In this document: positions 1 through 11,400 of the stretch, piece after piece
Position numbering within the stretch: the first letter of the stretch is position 1
Layout of the letters: every line of letters starts with the position of its first letter
Source of the DNA: Kudoa neothunni
Lineage: Eukaryota; Animalia; Cnidaria
DNA: 64,000 nucleotides
Assembly (NCBI GenBank): GCA_964304625.1
Contig: OZ199838.1
Location: 10,485,817 to 10,549,816, forward strand
Direction of reading: 5' to 3'
The notes under the pieces: generated by a model
Told to the model about the DNA's origin: nothing
Databases searched by the model: none
Seen by the model: only the letters and a program-made list of their open reading frames with translations
Made by a program: the position numbers and the translations under genes

Positions 1-2497
1 TGTTTATTTCATGGACATTGAACATGATAATAGTTCCTATGGTACGCATGCGCCAGGTTTTTAAATAAACGTCATTTCAATCGTCGAAAATTCCGGCCTC
101 TATTTATAACTGATCTCAAAGAATTCAATAATCTACAAATTTTGTAAATAACTAAAAAAATCTAAGATTTGGCTTAAAGTGAAAGAAATTCCCAAAAACC
201 CAAGGTTTGGACGCCCTGACTACGAGAGTTAGCGCATGCTAAAAATACTCTAATGTGTTCCATTTTGTTTCTATCAATTCTATCATATTTTCTCGATCAA
301 ATATAGGTAAAAACCAAGTAATGATATTTTTTAGTTAATTTTATTATAAAAATGAATGTAACTGTTTTTAAAGTTAAATAATTGTGATGGTTAACTTGTT
401 TTTCTGTTCTATAAAAATGAAAAGGGGGTTATTGTATAATGGATATATATTTCATAAAATATTTTATTGTTTGTATACTTTGTATGATTTTAAATTGCTC
501 ATTGACCCTTTTTAGGTAATCTAATAACCGTTAGATCATAACCATTAGGTCGCCCTACTGTTCTTATTTTCGGGGAAAATTTTCAATCTATATAAAATTA
601 AATAAAATAATTATGTATAATTATTTATCTACTGAAATTATCGTCGATTTTGCGATCACCTATCTGCTGGTCATGTTGCATATTATATAAGTCTTAAGAT
701 AGGCCATTAGTAAGTAGCCTGGTTAAGGATGCTTCAGAAATTTCATTCTTTTCTTTCTTTTCATTTGCTTTAAGTTTAATATCTAATATTTATTTGAGAA
801 ACTTATATTTATACCACCTCTTCCTTTATTTGGCTCGTTATTTTATACCTGAATATCGTATTTCGAATTATTCTCGTTGATTTCACCCTGTACTTAAAGT
901 TAGTCACATCATTTTAAATGAATATTTTATAACAATGTTTAACAATTTTCTAGTTATAAACGTTATTATCTCTAATATAATTTCAATTCTGTTAATGTCA
1001 AATATTGAGTTAAGGATAAATTCATTGCAAAATTCTGCGGACGTTGGGATATGTTGGTTTGTATAGACACACATTTTATAAGCGATTTGAACAGGTTTAA
1101 ATTTATCTTCGGATACCTTTTGTAATTTCGCATTGTGGCAACGTTTAGCATTATTATTAGATGGAAAATTATTCTGTATATATTCACTGACAGAAAATTT
1201 CTTTTTCAAAATAAAATGGTAATGTTACGTATAATTGATCTTAATATTAAAATGATGAATGGGTATCTTTATCTATAAGGCCCATTATAAAAATCATAAT
1301 CACCAATGAAATATAAAAACAATTAATTTCATTGAAACAATATCGTAAAGCACTTTAGTTACAATCACTGTTGCAAACAAACCACATGATCAAATGCTCA
1401 CATATTCTTAATTAACTTATCGTATACCTCGATACTTCTCGTTGTATACAATCAATACAACAAGATTTGAAGACCACTCGTATATATTAAGTTAAATATG
1501 AATATATTGCATAAAAATATAAAGCAATGTTTGTATGTTTGGCCAATTTATTGGTGAAGAATCAATTGGTTTATTCTTCTTTGAAGATTTATTTATTTGT
1601 TAATGGTTCATTTATGAAGTTAAACTTTTGATATGAGCGTTATTTTAATAGATATTCCTATCCATTGCAATAGCCAGTCCGAACTAAGCCTTCAAAAAAT
1701 TGATGGTCGAGGATCCTCCACCCTAGAAAATTCTCCAAACCCTCGAAATTTCGAGGGTATAGGGATTATCCTCTATTTCGAAGAGATTAAGTCAATGTCT
1801 TAATAAGATTGCGTGATTCGTTCACAGTGGATTTTTGTAATCAATGTTAGGAGAAATTTCCCATTAAAATTCAGCAGTGCATTATTTTTTTAATACATTA
1901 TTTTATTTCTTTTGAAATATCGGCTAAATTGTAGTACTGCAATATCTATGTACGAACTTCGGGCAGTGTAGAATGCAAAATTGGAAATAAAGTCGTTTCC
2001 TACAATTTGCCCTGATAATTCATTTCTTTCTCGAAAGTTTTTCATTTTTGTTCTTATCACGAAAAATTACATTATGTAGTTAAATTCAGACCAAAATGAA
2101 TTAACCTATATAAACTGGAAATAAATCTTAAGTCGAGCACATTCGGATTCATGTGGAATCTCCGTTGTTGATAAATATATCAAAACAATTACTATTTCTC
2201 TATAATTTTAACAAAATTGAAGTCGTTAATTTTTCACGGAATTTTTATTTCTTTGTATCTGTTAGTAATAAGTTTGTAAATGTTCAATCTTGACTTCGTA
2301 TTTTAAAAACAGAACTTTCTGATGTATTCTATTCAAAATTAGAGCGAAGATGTTTCAATTTAACTATGGCGTAACTTAATGTGATTCTTAGCATATAAAT
2401 TTTTTGGGGTAATTTATTCATGATTAAAAAAATGTTACAACAATATTTGTCACAAAATTCAAAATATACGATTTTTAAGCCTTTTAAATTAAATTGA

Positions 2498-2583
2498 TGT
2501 TAAGTTCTAGATATACTTTAATCCATATGCATAGTCACGTGTTTCAGTAGTTTATAAAATGAGCGTTTATGGTGGCATTAACA
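2498..2583 (+). repeat. 5' LTR (86 bp)
   Basis: TG...CA ends with 6-bp terminal inverted repeat TGTTAA/TTAACA; identical to 6327-6412 by eye. Confidence 0.96.
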
Positions 2584-5500
2584 TTGGCGCAGTAGCTACT
2601 GTCGAACCTTTTGATGGGAAAAATGCAGAGGCATGGTGTGCTCGATTTGAATTATTGTTAGTTCATCGAAATATTCCACCAGAAAAGCACTCATTGGAAC
2701 TACTAGTGTCATTGTCACCAATAGTATTTAAGATAGTGACAGAGTCTGGATGGACAATGACATCTGATTATAATGGAATGAAACAATTCTTGCTTAGTAG
2801 ATTTGGCTCCATTAAGGATGGCTATATCTCTCAGCGAGAATTCTTCGAGTGCGTCCAAACCGATAATATGAACGTTATCGAATACGCAGAAGAGTTGCGT
2901 AGAAAAGCGGCTGTGACCCTCACTGGAGTTTTTATGGATCAAATCAACAAGATGATGAAGAATCAATTCATCCATGGTGTGAGGAGTAAAGAAATTCAGA
3001 AAAACTTGATGATTAAGGATCCGGTATCTTTCGAAGATGCTCTTACTCTAGCTAGGAAGTTGGAGTTTGTGGCGAACAATACAATGGTGAGTGTATCAGA
3101 AGTACCGATTCCTGAAGTTCTTGCAGTTGGTAGGAAGAACAAAGAGGATATGATATTGGAAAGGCTGGATGCATTGGAAAGCAAATTTAAAATCAAAACC
3201 CCTGTTAAATGCTATGGATGTGGGAAACTTGGACATATAAAAAAACATTGTTATTTGACCAAGTGTAGTAATTCTAAATACGCCTCTCTATTTTTTCTGA
3301 AATTACAAATTAAAAACATTGTGGTGGGTGCGTTATTTGACACTGGTTCGCAACTTAGTATTATAAACCACAAACTATTTCTATTGTTGGGTCAGCAACA
3401 CATTAAAATCACCCATGAAAAAGTTATATCTGCATGTGGTGGAGAAATGGAAGTTAAGGGTATTACTGTGTTACCTATAAGTGTTGAAGGGAAAAGCATA
3501 AACCATAAGTTTTATGTAATAGAAAATGTCATACACGATTGTATCATTGGAGTCGATGTGACGAACAGACTTGGATTGACTGTGAAAATTGGAGAAAAGA
3601 CGCTGGAATTGAAAGCTAACTCTGAGTCTTTAATGGTTGCGAATATTTCCACCAAGAAGGATGATGAAATTGAGAAGCCAATTTATCATTATATTGATAC
3701 TGGAACAAGAGTGCCGATAAGAGACCAAAGACGTAGAATTCCATTTCACAAGCGAAATATAATGAACGAGTTGATTAGAGAACTCGTTGAAAATGATGTT
3801 ATTGAAAAGTCGTGCTCAGAATGGGCTTCGAATGCGGTTATTGTCCCAAAGAAATCCGGGAAGTTTAGGCTCTGTGTGGATTACCGAAAGCTAAATGCAA
3901 TAACGATTAAGGATTCCTATCCATTGCCTAGAATAGATGATATCTTTGATATGTTGGGAGGTTCAAGGTACTTCTCAGTTCTGGATCTCAAAGATGGCTA
4001 CCATCAAGTGCTGATTGATGAAAATGATAAGGAAAAAACAGCATTCTATGGTACTGATGAGATATACCAATTCAAACGTATGCCCTTCGGACTTTGCAAT
4101 GCACCGGCCACGTTTCAACGCATGATGAACTCGGTTTTGAAGAATTTTATTGGGAAGATATGTTTGGTCTATCTTGATGACGTTATAATATTTAGTAAAA
4201 ACTATAATCAACATGTCGATGACGTCAAGAAGATATTGAAGGTTTTGGGAGATAAAAAATTGAAAATTAACGAAAACAAATCAGTATTCTATAAGAAGGA
4301 GGTCCACTTTCTTGGTCACGTCATTGGTGAAAAGGGGATAACCCCTGATCCGTCTAAAACTCAAGTTATCAATGAGTGGCCAACTCCCAATAATGTTAAG
4401 GATGTTCAAAAATTCCTAGGACTTGCCAACTACTATCGCAGATTTGTAAAAAAATTTTCTGAAATTTCTGCCCCTCTTTATGAATTGCTCAAAAAGGATG
4501 TTCCCTGGAACTGGTCTATTGACTGTGAGATCAGCTTCAATACAATCAAGAAGGAAATCACGTCTCCAACGGTCTTAACCAACCCAGATTGGGAAAAGAC
4601 ATTCATTTTGGATACAGACGCTAGTAACCTTGCAATTGGTGGTGTACTGTCTCAAATGATAAATGGTACAGAGAAGGTAATATCATTTGGAAGTCGCAAT
4701 TTACTTCAGAGAGAAAGAAATTATTGTGCGACTCGGAAAGAATTGTTGGTTCTGGTGCATTTTGTGAAACTTTTTAAGAATTATCTTGCTGGAAAGAAAT
4801 TCATAATTCGTACCGACCATAACGCCTTAAAATGGTTGTTGTCTTTCACAAACCCAGAAGTACAAGTTGCAAGATGGTTGGAGATTTTGGCGGAGTACGA
4901 ATTTGAGGTAATCCACAGACCAGGGAAAGATCATGCGAACGCCGATGCATTGTCTCGAATTCCGAATCCAAAGAATTGCAATGCGGTCGAAGTAAAGGGG
5001 TTCCCTGACGAGCTGATTCGAAGAGTTCAGATGGCTGATCCAAATGTATCCCAAATTATTGGTTGGATGAAGACGAATAGAATGCCTCTTGTGGAACCAA
5101 AAGAGCGGAGCGACCAAATTAGAATTTTATGGAAGTTGAGATCAATGTTGAAAATCGAAAATGATATACTCTATCGAGTTTTCAGAAACGACACCACAAT
5201 GGAGACTAGACTTAGATTGATTGTACCAGACAGACTGAAAAAAGAAGTTTTGAAAGTTGCTCATGATAGCAGTACTTCGGGACACTTGGGGCACAACAAA
5301 GTGAATGAATTCGTATCTCGAAAATTTTACTGGCCATTTCAAAAGAAGGATGTGAAGAATTGGTGTGAATCGTGTCCAAACTGCGCTGCGAGGAATCGAC
5401 AAACAAAAAAATTTGTTTCTGAGTTGAATACGGAAGTGTGTAGCTATCCTATGCAAAGAGTAGCTATTGATGTTGTTGGACCGCTCCGAGTGACTAATAA

Positions 5501-6302
5501 TGGGAATCGCTATATTGTAGTTATTCAGGATTACTTCACTAAATGGGCAGAAGCGTTTGCCATCAAAAACCAAGAAACCATGACGATGTCACAAAAACTG
5601 GTAAAGCATGTGTTTAGTAGATTTGGACTTCCTCATACACTTCACAGCGACCAAGGGAGCAATTTTGAGTCTGCAATTTTTAAGCAAACATGTGAACTGC
5701 TTGGAATAAGAAAGACGCGTACATGCCCATACAATCCTAAGTCAGACGGCATGGTAGAGAGACTGAATCGTACCATAATTGATATGTTAAGCAAGGTTGT
5801 TGATCGACATGCGGAATGGGATTCTTTGCTACCGTTGGTTATGATGGCGTATCGTTCGGCGCCTCATAGTTCTTCGAAGTATTCTCCAAATTTCCTTATG
5901 ATGGGACGAGAGGTTAAATCGGCGATCGAAATTGTTTTTGAAACTGGAAGTACCTTGCAAACGCTTGACGGTTATGTAAAAAATTTAAAATCAAATCTTA
6001 CGATGGCATACAATTTGGCAAAAGAGAATATGGAGCTGTCACTGGAAAAAACGAAAAACCGATACAACAAGAAAGCCTATGGAAATCCTTACAAACCTGG
6101 CGAAATGGTATGGGTCCAAATTCCAGTCAGGAAAAATAAACTCGATCCATTTTTCGATGGGCCGTATACAGTGAAGCAGAGAATAACAAATTCTACTTAT
6201 CGCCTCGAAAAAAATGGAAAGCAATTCGTCACAAATTTTGATAAAATGAAACCATACAAGGCTAGGAATGAGAAATTATTGGATCCTGTTATCAACCTAT
6301 AA
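2559..6302 (+). CDS. Single-ORF Gag-Pol polyprotein (1247 aa)
   Basis: Gag N-terminal EPFDG..W..RFE motif, CCHC knuckle CYGCGKLGHIKKHC, protease LFDTG, RT (RMPFGL, YLDD), RNase H (DTDAS, TDH), integrase HHCC plus DDE core (IDVVGP, SDQG, ERLN) and GPY motif. No stops or frameshifts. Confidence 0.96.
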   Translation: MSVYGGINIGAVATVEPFDGKNAEAWCARFELLLVHRNIPPEKHSLELLVSLSPIVFKIVTESGWTMTSDYNGMKQFLLSRFGSIKDGYISQREFFECVQTDNMNVIEYAEELRRKAAVTLTGVFMDQINKMMKNQFIHGVRSKEIQKNLMIKDPVSFEDALTLARKLEFVANNTMVSVSEVPIPEVLAVGRKNKEDMILERLDALESKFKIKTPVKCYGCGKLGHIKKHCYLTKCSNSKYASLFFLKLQIKNIVVGALFDTGSQLSIINHKLFLLLGQQHIKITHEKVISACGGEMEVKGITVLPISVEGKSINHKFYVIENVIHDCIIGVDVTNRLGLTVKIGEKTLELKANSESLMVANISTKKDDEIEKPIYHYIDTGTRVPIRDQRRRIPFHKRNIMNELIRELVENDVIEKSCSEWASNAVIVPKKSGKFRLCVDYRKLNAITIKDSYPLPRIDDIFDMLGGSRYFSVLDLKDGYHQVLIDENDKEKTAFYGTDEIYQFKRMPFGLCNAPATFQRMMNSVLKNFIGKICLVYLDDVIIFSKNYNQHVDDVKKILKVLGDKKLKINENKSVFYKKEVHFLGHVIGEKGITPDPSKTQVINEWPTPNNVKDVQKFLGLANYYRRFVKKFSEISAPLYELLKKDVPWNWSIDCEISFNTIKKEITSPTVLTNPDWEKTFILDTDASNLAIGGVLSQMINGTEKVISFGSRNLLQRERNYCATRKELLVLVHFVKLFKNYLAGKKFIIRTDHNALKWLLSFTNPEVQVARWLEILAEYEFEVIHRPGKDHANADALSRIPNPKNCNAVEVKGFPDELIRRVQMADPNVSQIIGWMKTNRMPLVEPKERSDQIRILWKLRSMLKIENDILYRVFRNDTTMETRLRLIVPDRLKKEVLKVAHDSSTSGHLGHNKVNEFVSRKFYWPFQKKDVKNWCESCPNCAARNRQTKKFVSELNTEVCSYPMQRVAIDVVGPLRVTNNGNRYIVVIQDYFTKWAEAFAIKNQETMTMSQKLVKHVFSRFGLPHTLHSDQGSNFESAIFKQTCELLGIRKTRTCPYNPKSDGMVERLNRTIIDMLSKVVDRHAEWDSLLPLVMMAYRSAPHSSSKYSPNFLMMGREVKSAIEIVFETGSTLQTLDGYVKNLKSNLTMAYNLAKENMELSLEKTKNRYNKKAYGNPYKPGEMVWVQIPVRKNKLDPFFDGPYTVKQRITNSTYRLEKNGKQFVTNFDKMKPYKARNEKLLDPVINL
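2585..2596 (+). other. Primer-binding site (TGGCGCAGTAGC), probably for a tRNA-Ser-type 3' end
   Basis: TGG (complement of tRNA CCA) 1 nt after the LTR. TGGCGCAGT resembles tRNA-Ser PBS of gypsy-group elements; tRNA identity is inferred. Confidence 0.75.
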
Positions 6303-6314
6303 AGCCAAAAAATT

Positions 6315-6326
6315 GAAGGGGAAAAG
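6315..6326 (+). other. Polypurine tract GAAGGGGAAAAG
   Basis: 12 consecutive purines directly abutting the 3' LTR. Confidence 0.9.
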
Positions 6327-6412
6327 TGTTAAGTTCTAGATATACTTTAATCCATATGCATAGTCACGTGTTTCAGTAGTTTATAAAATGAGCGTTTATG
6401 GTGGCATTAACA
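6327..6412 (+). repeat. 3' LTR (86 bp)
   Basis: Identical to 2498-2583; preceded by the polypurine tract and followed by the TSD. Confidence 0.96.
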
Positions 6413-6750
6413 ATTGATTATTTATCTTAACAATATAAAAATGATGTAGAATCCAAAAATAAACATTAATTACTTAGTTTTTGAATATACAGTGAAATGT
6501 TACGTCATATTTTATAATCTATTTCAACATGTTTTGTGGTTGATTGTTTCAAGCTTTTTAAATTACTATAATTAATTTACCGAGATGTATTATCTATTAA
6601 ACTTTTTGTAAAAACTAGTAACAACCACAAAACGTTGGAATCATGAAATCCCTAATAATCGTCATTTCAACGAATAATCACCCTCGATTTTTTAGAGGTC
6701 TAATCCTGACATGGGGATTAAACGGAACCGTTGCAATAGCCACTGCCTTA

Positions 6751-7125
6751 TAATTAGTTCGTACATTAATCCTACATTTTTAAAATTAAATTTTTACAAA
6801 TATTACAATTAGTCAACTGATGCTGGTATAATATATGGAAAACCTATTCTTACAGGCATGCAATTATTAATAGGTAATTGCTTAGGATGAATAAAGCATG
6901 GTTTATTCGATCTATTAAATGGTATAGCCTGTGGAAATAACTTCGAGGGTTTAGCAGCTATTTATATGATAGATTACATCAACTATTATTGATAACAAAT
7001 ACAGTGCCGAAAATACTCTACTGGTGATAAAACAATGATAAATACAAAACATTAAAATAATCAACAGGTTCGATTTTTATCGTCGTCGCTGATTTGGATT
7101 ACGGCCAATATTCTACATTTTAACC
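6751..7125 (+). repeat. Partial copy of MITE family B
   Basis: Aligns with 44985-45488 (e.g. ATGCTGGTATAA..GGAAAACCTATTCTTACAG, TAATCAACAGGTTCGATTTTTATCGT) and ends at the same TIR, TTCTACATTTTAACC. Confidence 0.75.
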
Positions 7126-8467
7126 GGATTAACTTTTACGGTGCCATGGCCTCTGCCATTAAGAATCTCTCGATTATTAAAAGAACGATCTTTAACGAAG
7201 CTGACCATTATAGAATTAGAGGGATTATTAAAAGAGTTCATTTACTTATTTTATGCTGATTTTGAGAATAAATTCATTTTTTTCTCGTCATATTTCAAAA
7301 AATTATATTTTTTAACGCATACGAATTAATTAAAATCTGAGGTATTTTTACCAAAAAATTCATTAGAGTTAAGTCGGGTTTAAGTACATTAGATCAATTT
7401 TATTGAAAGATGTTTTTGGCAGTTTTCAACAAAGTGTCGTTAAATGCCGGGTGTCAACATCTTAAAAAATTTGTATAACACAAATATCTACACTAATGAA
7501 TAAAAATGGGCTAATATTTTCAATATTATCATCAAGTAAAATCCTTACTTTATTTTAACATTTGAATAATCTAGAAATTTATTCTTGGCTATACATTAAT
7601 TTTCTTAATATTTTCAGCGCTAAATAGAATTAGGTTAAGTTTCGTTAGTAACATTAGTATAACTTAAAAAAGAAAATCGTATCAACTAATATTATTTTAT
7701 TAATTATTATATACCTGTATTCCTAGGCGAAATGAATTTATAATAATCACACATACAATTCTTGTGAAAAGACACTTAAAAATTATAAAAATGGTTCAGT
7801 TCGTTAAACGGCACATTATTCTGATTATATAATTCAGTAGGATTATCAATGAAAATCCAAAAAGGTTACTCAAACCAATATTCTCTCAGCCGATTACCAC
7901 CAACACTACTGGTAGGCACGCCTAATATGTAGTACGGAACGCTGAATCTTCCACACTAGGGATTAATTAGAAATGAATAGTGGTTTGTTGAATGTATATT
8001 ATTGAATTTATTTTGTTTGAAAAGGATGATGATAAATAGTGGTTTATAACGCAAATCCCACCAACTAAAAGATATAAATATGAACAAACGCAACATCTTT
8101 AATAAATTGTTGTCAAATAGCATTCCTAACTTTCAAAATACACATCTCCCAACGAATATAGATTTAATATCATTAGAGCGAAGTTGGTATCGGTACAATT
8201 CAACCCATTAATTCGGCTAAAGTTACTCAATAATGATATTAGCTAAACAAGCGTAAAGCCCGAACACCTGATCATTTTCACATTATTGTATTGACTGGAT
8301 TAATATGTGTTAAGAAAAATTGGATAATGACGAAAAGTTTATTATGTGTATGATTCACAGCTCAGAGCAAAAGTGGCTCTGCAAAAGCGCTCGCTACTGC
8401 GCAGGTTCAAAGTTATAAGCTGGTTACGAAGCTAAGTCTTTTGTTCTCACACAGGGATTTTAATTCT

Positions 8468-11400
8468 ATGAATACGAAGGGTAAGTTTCTCCTTTGTTAA
8501 AGATACTAACAGTAAAGTAATTCGATCGATAACGGCTTTTCTGGTCAACGCATTCAAGCTTTCGAATGGGTTTCCTTGAGATTAATTATCTAATCGATAA
8601 TCATTCGCCTTTGTGTATTTTTTTCGTCCTATGATAATTATGAACCTAGATCTCGAGAATCATCTGGTCAACAGGGAATCAAGGGAATCGTTGATTCAAA
8701 AGGGGATTCTTCGATGTATGTTTATTTTAGGTGTATCGATGTTTTTTTATTTATTTACAGCTTTCAACATGGATCCTTTCGTTTCTAACCAGATTTCGCA
8801 GATTCAACGAGTTAGGGTAACTAATTTTTCTTTATTAAATATTTTATTACCTTCCGATTGGGTGTAAATGTTTCGCTTAAGGTTATTATATCCCATCACA
8901 TAATATAATTTTGGATAACTGCATAAGTAATATAATTGTTCGATTCGATTAGTTGAAATTGGTTCACTTTCTCATTCTATATGGAAATCGTTATTATTTT
9001 TATTGGTTTGTTTAATTTTTACCTTGACACAACGACTGATTAAGTTTCCATGTGGATGCTCATTATCATCCTATGCCGAGTCTTAATCTCTAAGTGAAAG
9101 CACATTTAAAAACTTGTTGGTTGTGATGCACTTTAACTGTACACGCATAGGTTGAAATTGTAATGTTTTGATTCGTTATGATACTTTACAAATAAATTGA
9201 GAAATCCCTGATAATAATTAACTATATTGTTCTATTTAAGCTTTTTTTAATTCAGTTAATGTTACAGTAACATATAGATTATACGATTGTGATTTAAGAC
9301 TTTCGGCAGCTCCTAGAGGTTGTCTTAGTTGATTTTAACGGTTATTTTGCTTGAACTCATTTACTGATCAACCTAACTGAATAGGAGTTTTTTCCTCTTA
9401 TTAAATTAGATTTTATACCAAAGTGCATTTATGATGTCATATTTTCCATTTATTGTTAAAATAAAAGTTCAGAACAGAGCCAGTTTTGAGGGGTTCCTGA
9501 AAGTTATAAATTTTAAAGTTTTAAATATGGTTGCATTTTTTCGTGTGAATTTTCTTATGGAAACAATTTTTTTATTATATAATCTCGTTAGTTATTATTG
9601 CTTGTATATTAATGAAGTTTTGTTGTGATGATGATAGCACGAATTAAACGTAAACTTACATTTATCCTAGATTAATTCGCGACGATTCATCCAACAGGTA
9701 GTATCGTCGAAAAATGGAAACAACCGACTATTATTCTTATTCTTGTTTTCTGAGCGATACATATAAATATAATTAAAGCTTTTAAAATTCATGCGTTGGC
9801 TAATTAACCACTAAGGAACTTGTTTAATGTTTAAGTCTGATCGGTTATCTTCAAAATTATGGCTGATGTACGACAACATGGCAATATTTTTGAATCAATA
9901 CATGTTGTGCCCAAATTTGTTGTCCGCTTTCTAATCACGCTTCGATTGATTATTTGAAATGGGCTGCTTTATTATTTTTATTTCCTTAAATGAATGTTAC
10001 CGAGTCTTTTAAGCGCTCTATAAAACAAGTTGATTAAACAAACTAACTTCCATTGTTTGTAAAAGTTAATTTCTTCTATATTTATTTATTATTTATTAAA
10101 TAAACAATAAATAATGTTTCAACATATTTTCTGCAAGTATTTACCATCTGAACCACTCAAAACGCTTAGGCTTTTTTCGTCTTTAATGATAATGAGTTGT
10201 AATCTGAATTCAATTTAAACCTCTTAAATCTTAAATGTAATAATAAATAATTTAACATGCTGTTTTCTATCTCTAAGTATAAATTTACCTGCTTTTGTGT
10301 AGATCTCTCACTTTAATATTAATATCAAATATGTTTCATAATGTCCCAACAAGTGTTTAATTTATGCATTAATGAGGAAAGCATTTTAGTATGTAGTTTC
10401 TTGAAAGATTCTCCAGTCCTGAGCTTAATGAAACGTGGAGAGTTGATTAGCTAATATATCAACAATAATTTTTTGCCCAACGAACAATTTTTAATATGAA
10501 GGTGGAATATTGAAAATGACGCCATAAATAGTTTGTATATATTTATAATTTATTTCTAATATGTTTATTATATTTCAATTTTTATTATGTTGAAAAATTT
10601 AATCATGTTTTTGTTTGAATTGTTTATTTACTTAAAATTTTCGAAGAGCCCAATCCAATAAGTTTAAAAGAGTTTTTCATTTTTAATTGTTTACTAGAAC
10701 AACAAACTAATGAATGAAAAACTTCGAAGCAGACCAAATATTAATGTACTTATCGAGAAAAATATCCTTCGAGATTATGATATTAATCTAACCGGTAACA
10801 ACAATAACAATAACAACAACCAGCATCATCACCCATTCAACCCAATGAATAATAACGACCTTATTTGTGCACAACCAACGAATGATCCGCACTCCACATA
10901 TCCCACCCCAAACAACTATTTGAGACAGAAGAATCCATCCAACCACGCTAATAATGTCAATGGTAGTAATAGAGGTAATCGTAATAGTGGTGTAATTCTC
11001 GATCCATATGAAAAACAAAAAATTCGTTATATGCTCTCCGATCACTTGGTCACAAGACCTAGTCCCATCGATCTATTGAATTGTCAAATTCTGTGTCCCG
11101 ATCTTCAGTATTCGGACCACCTTAAAAATCTTAATGGAGATTCCTTACTGAATTCGGTGCACTCGTATTTCGATGAGTTGTCGAAAAGGAAACAAAAACC
11201 AACTGATTTTCAAAAGAAAGCTAAAAAATATTCATTCCATGATGTGACACCTGATAAAATCAAACTATCCAATTCGAACCATATTTCGCACTATAACAAA
11301 GGGGTTAGAGGTACTAGTAACAAAACAGCAGTTGTCACCAACAACAATCCTCCTGTGATAACACCAAACACCCAGGATATGTTTAAAAGTCACCATAAAC

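Larger units (their letters stand above)
2498..6412 (+). mobile_element. Full-length Ty3/gypsy LTR retrotransposon, 3915 bp, 86-bp LTRs, 5-bp TSD ATTGA
   Basis: Identical direct repeats at 2498-2583 and 6327-6412 (TGTTAA...TTAACA). ATTGA on both flanks (2493-2497, 6413-6417). PBS follows the 5' LTR, PPT precedes the 3' LTR, and the gag-pol ORF has PR-RT-RH-IN order. Confidence 0.97.
1960..6700 (+). repeat. Dispersed non-coding repeat family A (copy 1), split by the gypsy insertion (about 1960-2497 and 6418-6700)
   Basis: Both flanks of the LTR element align colinearly with 28065-28850, and 1980-2175 aligns with 40345-40650. Boundaries approximate. Confidence 0.75.

Noticed and set aside
2715-6224. 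Several antisense ORFs within the retrotransposon
   Set aside because: Short shadows of the long sense ORF with no motifs.
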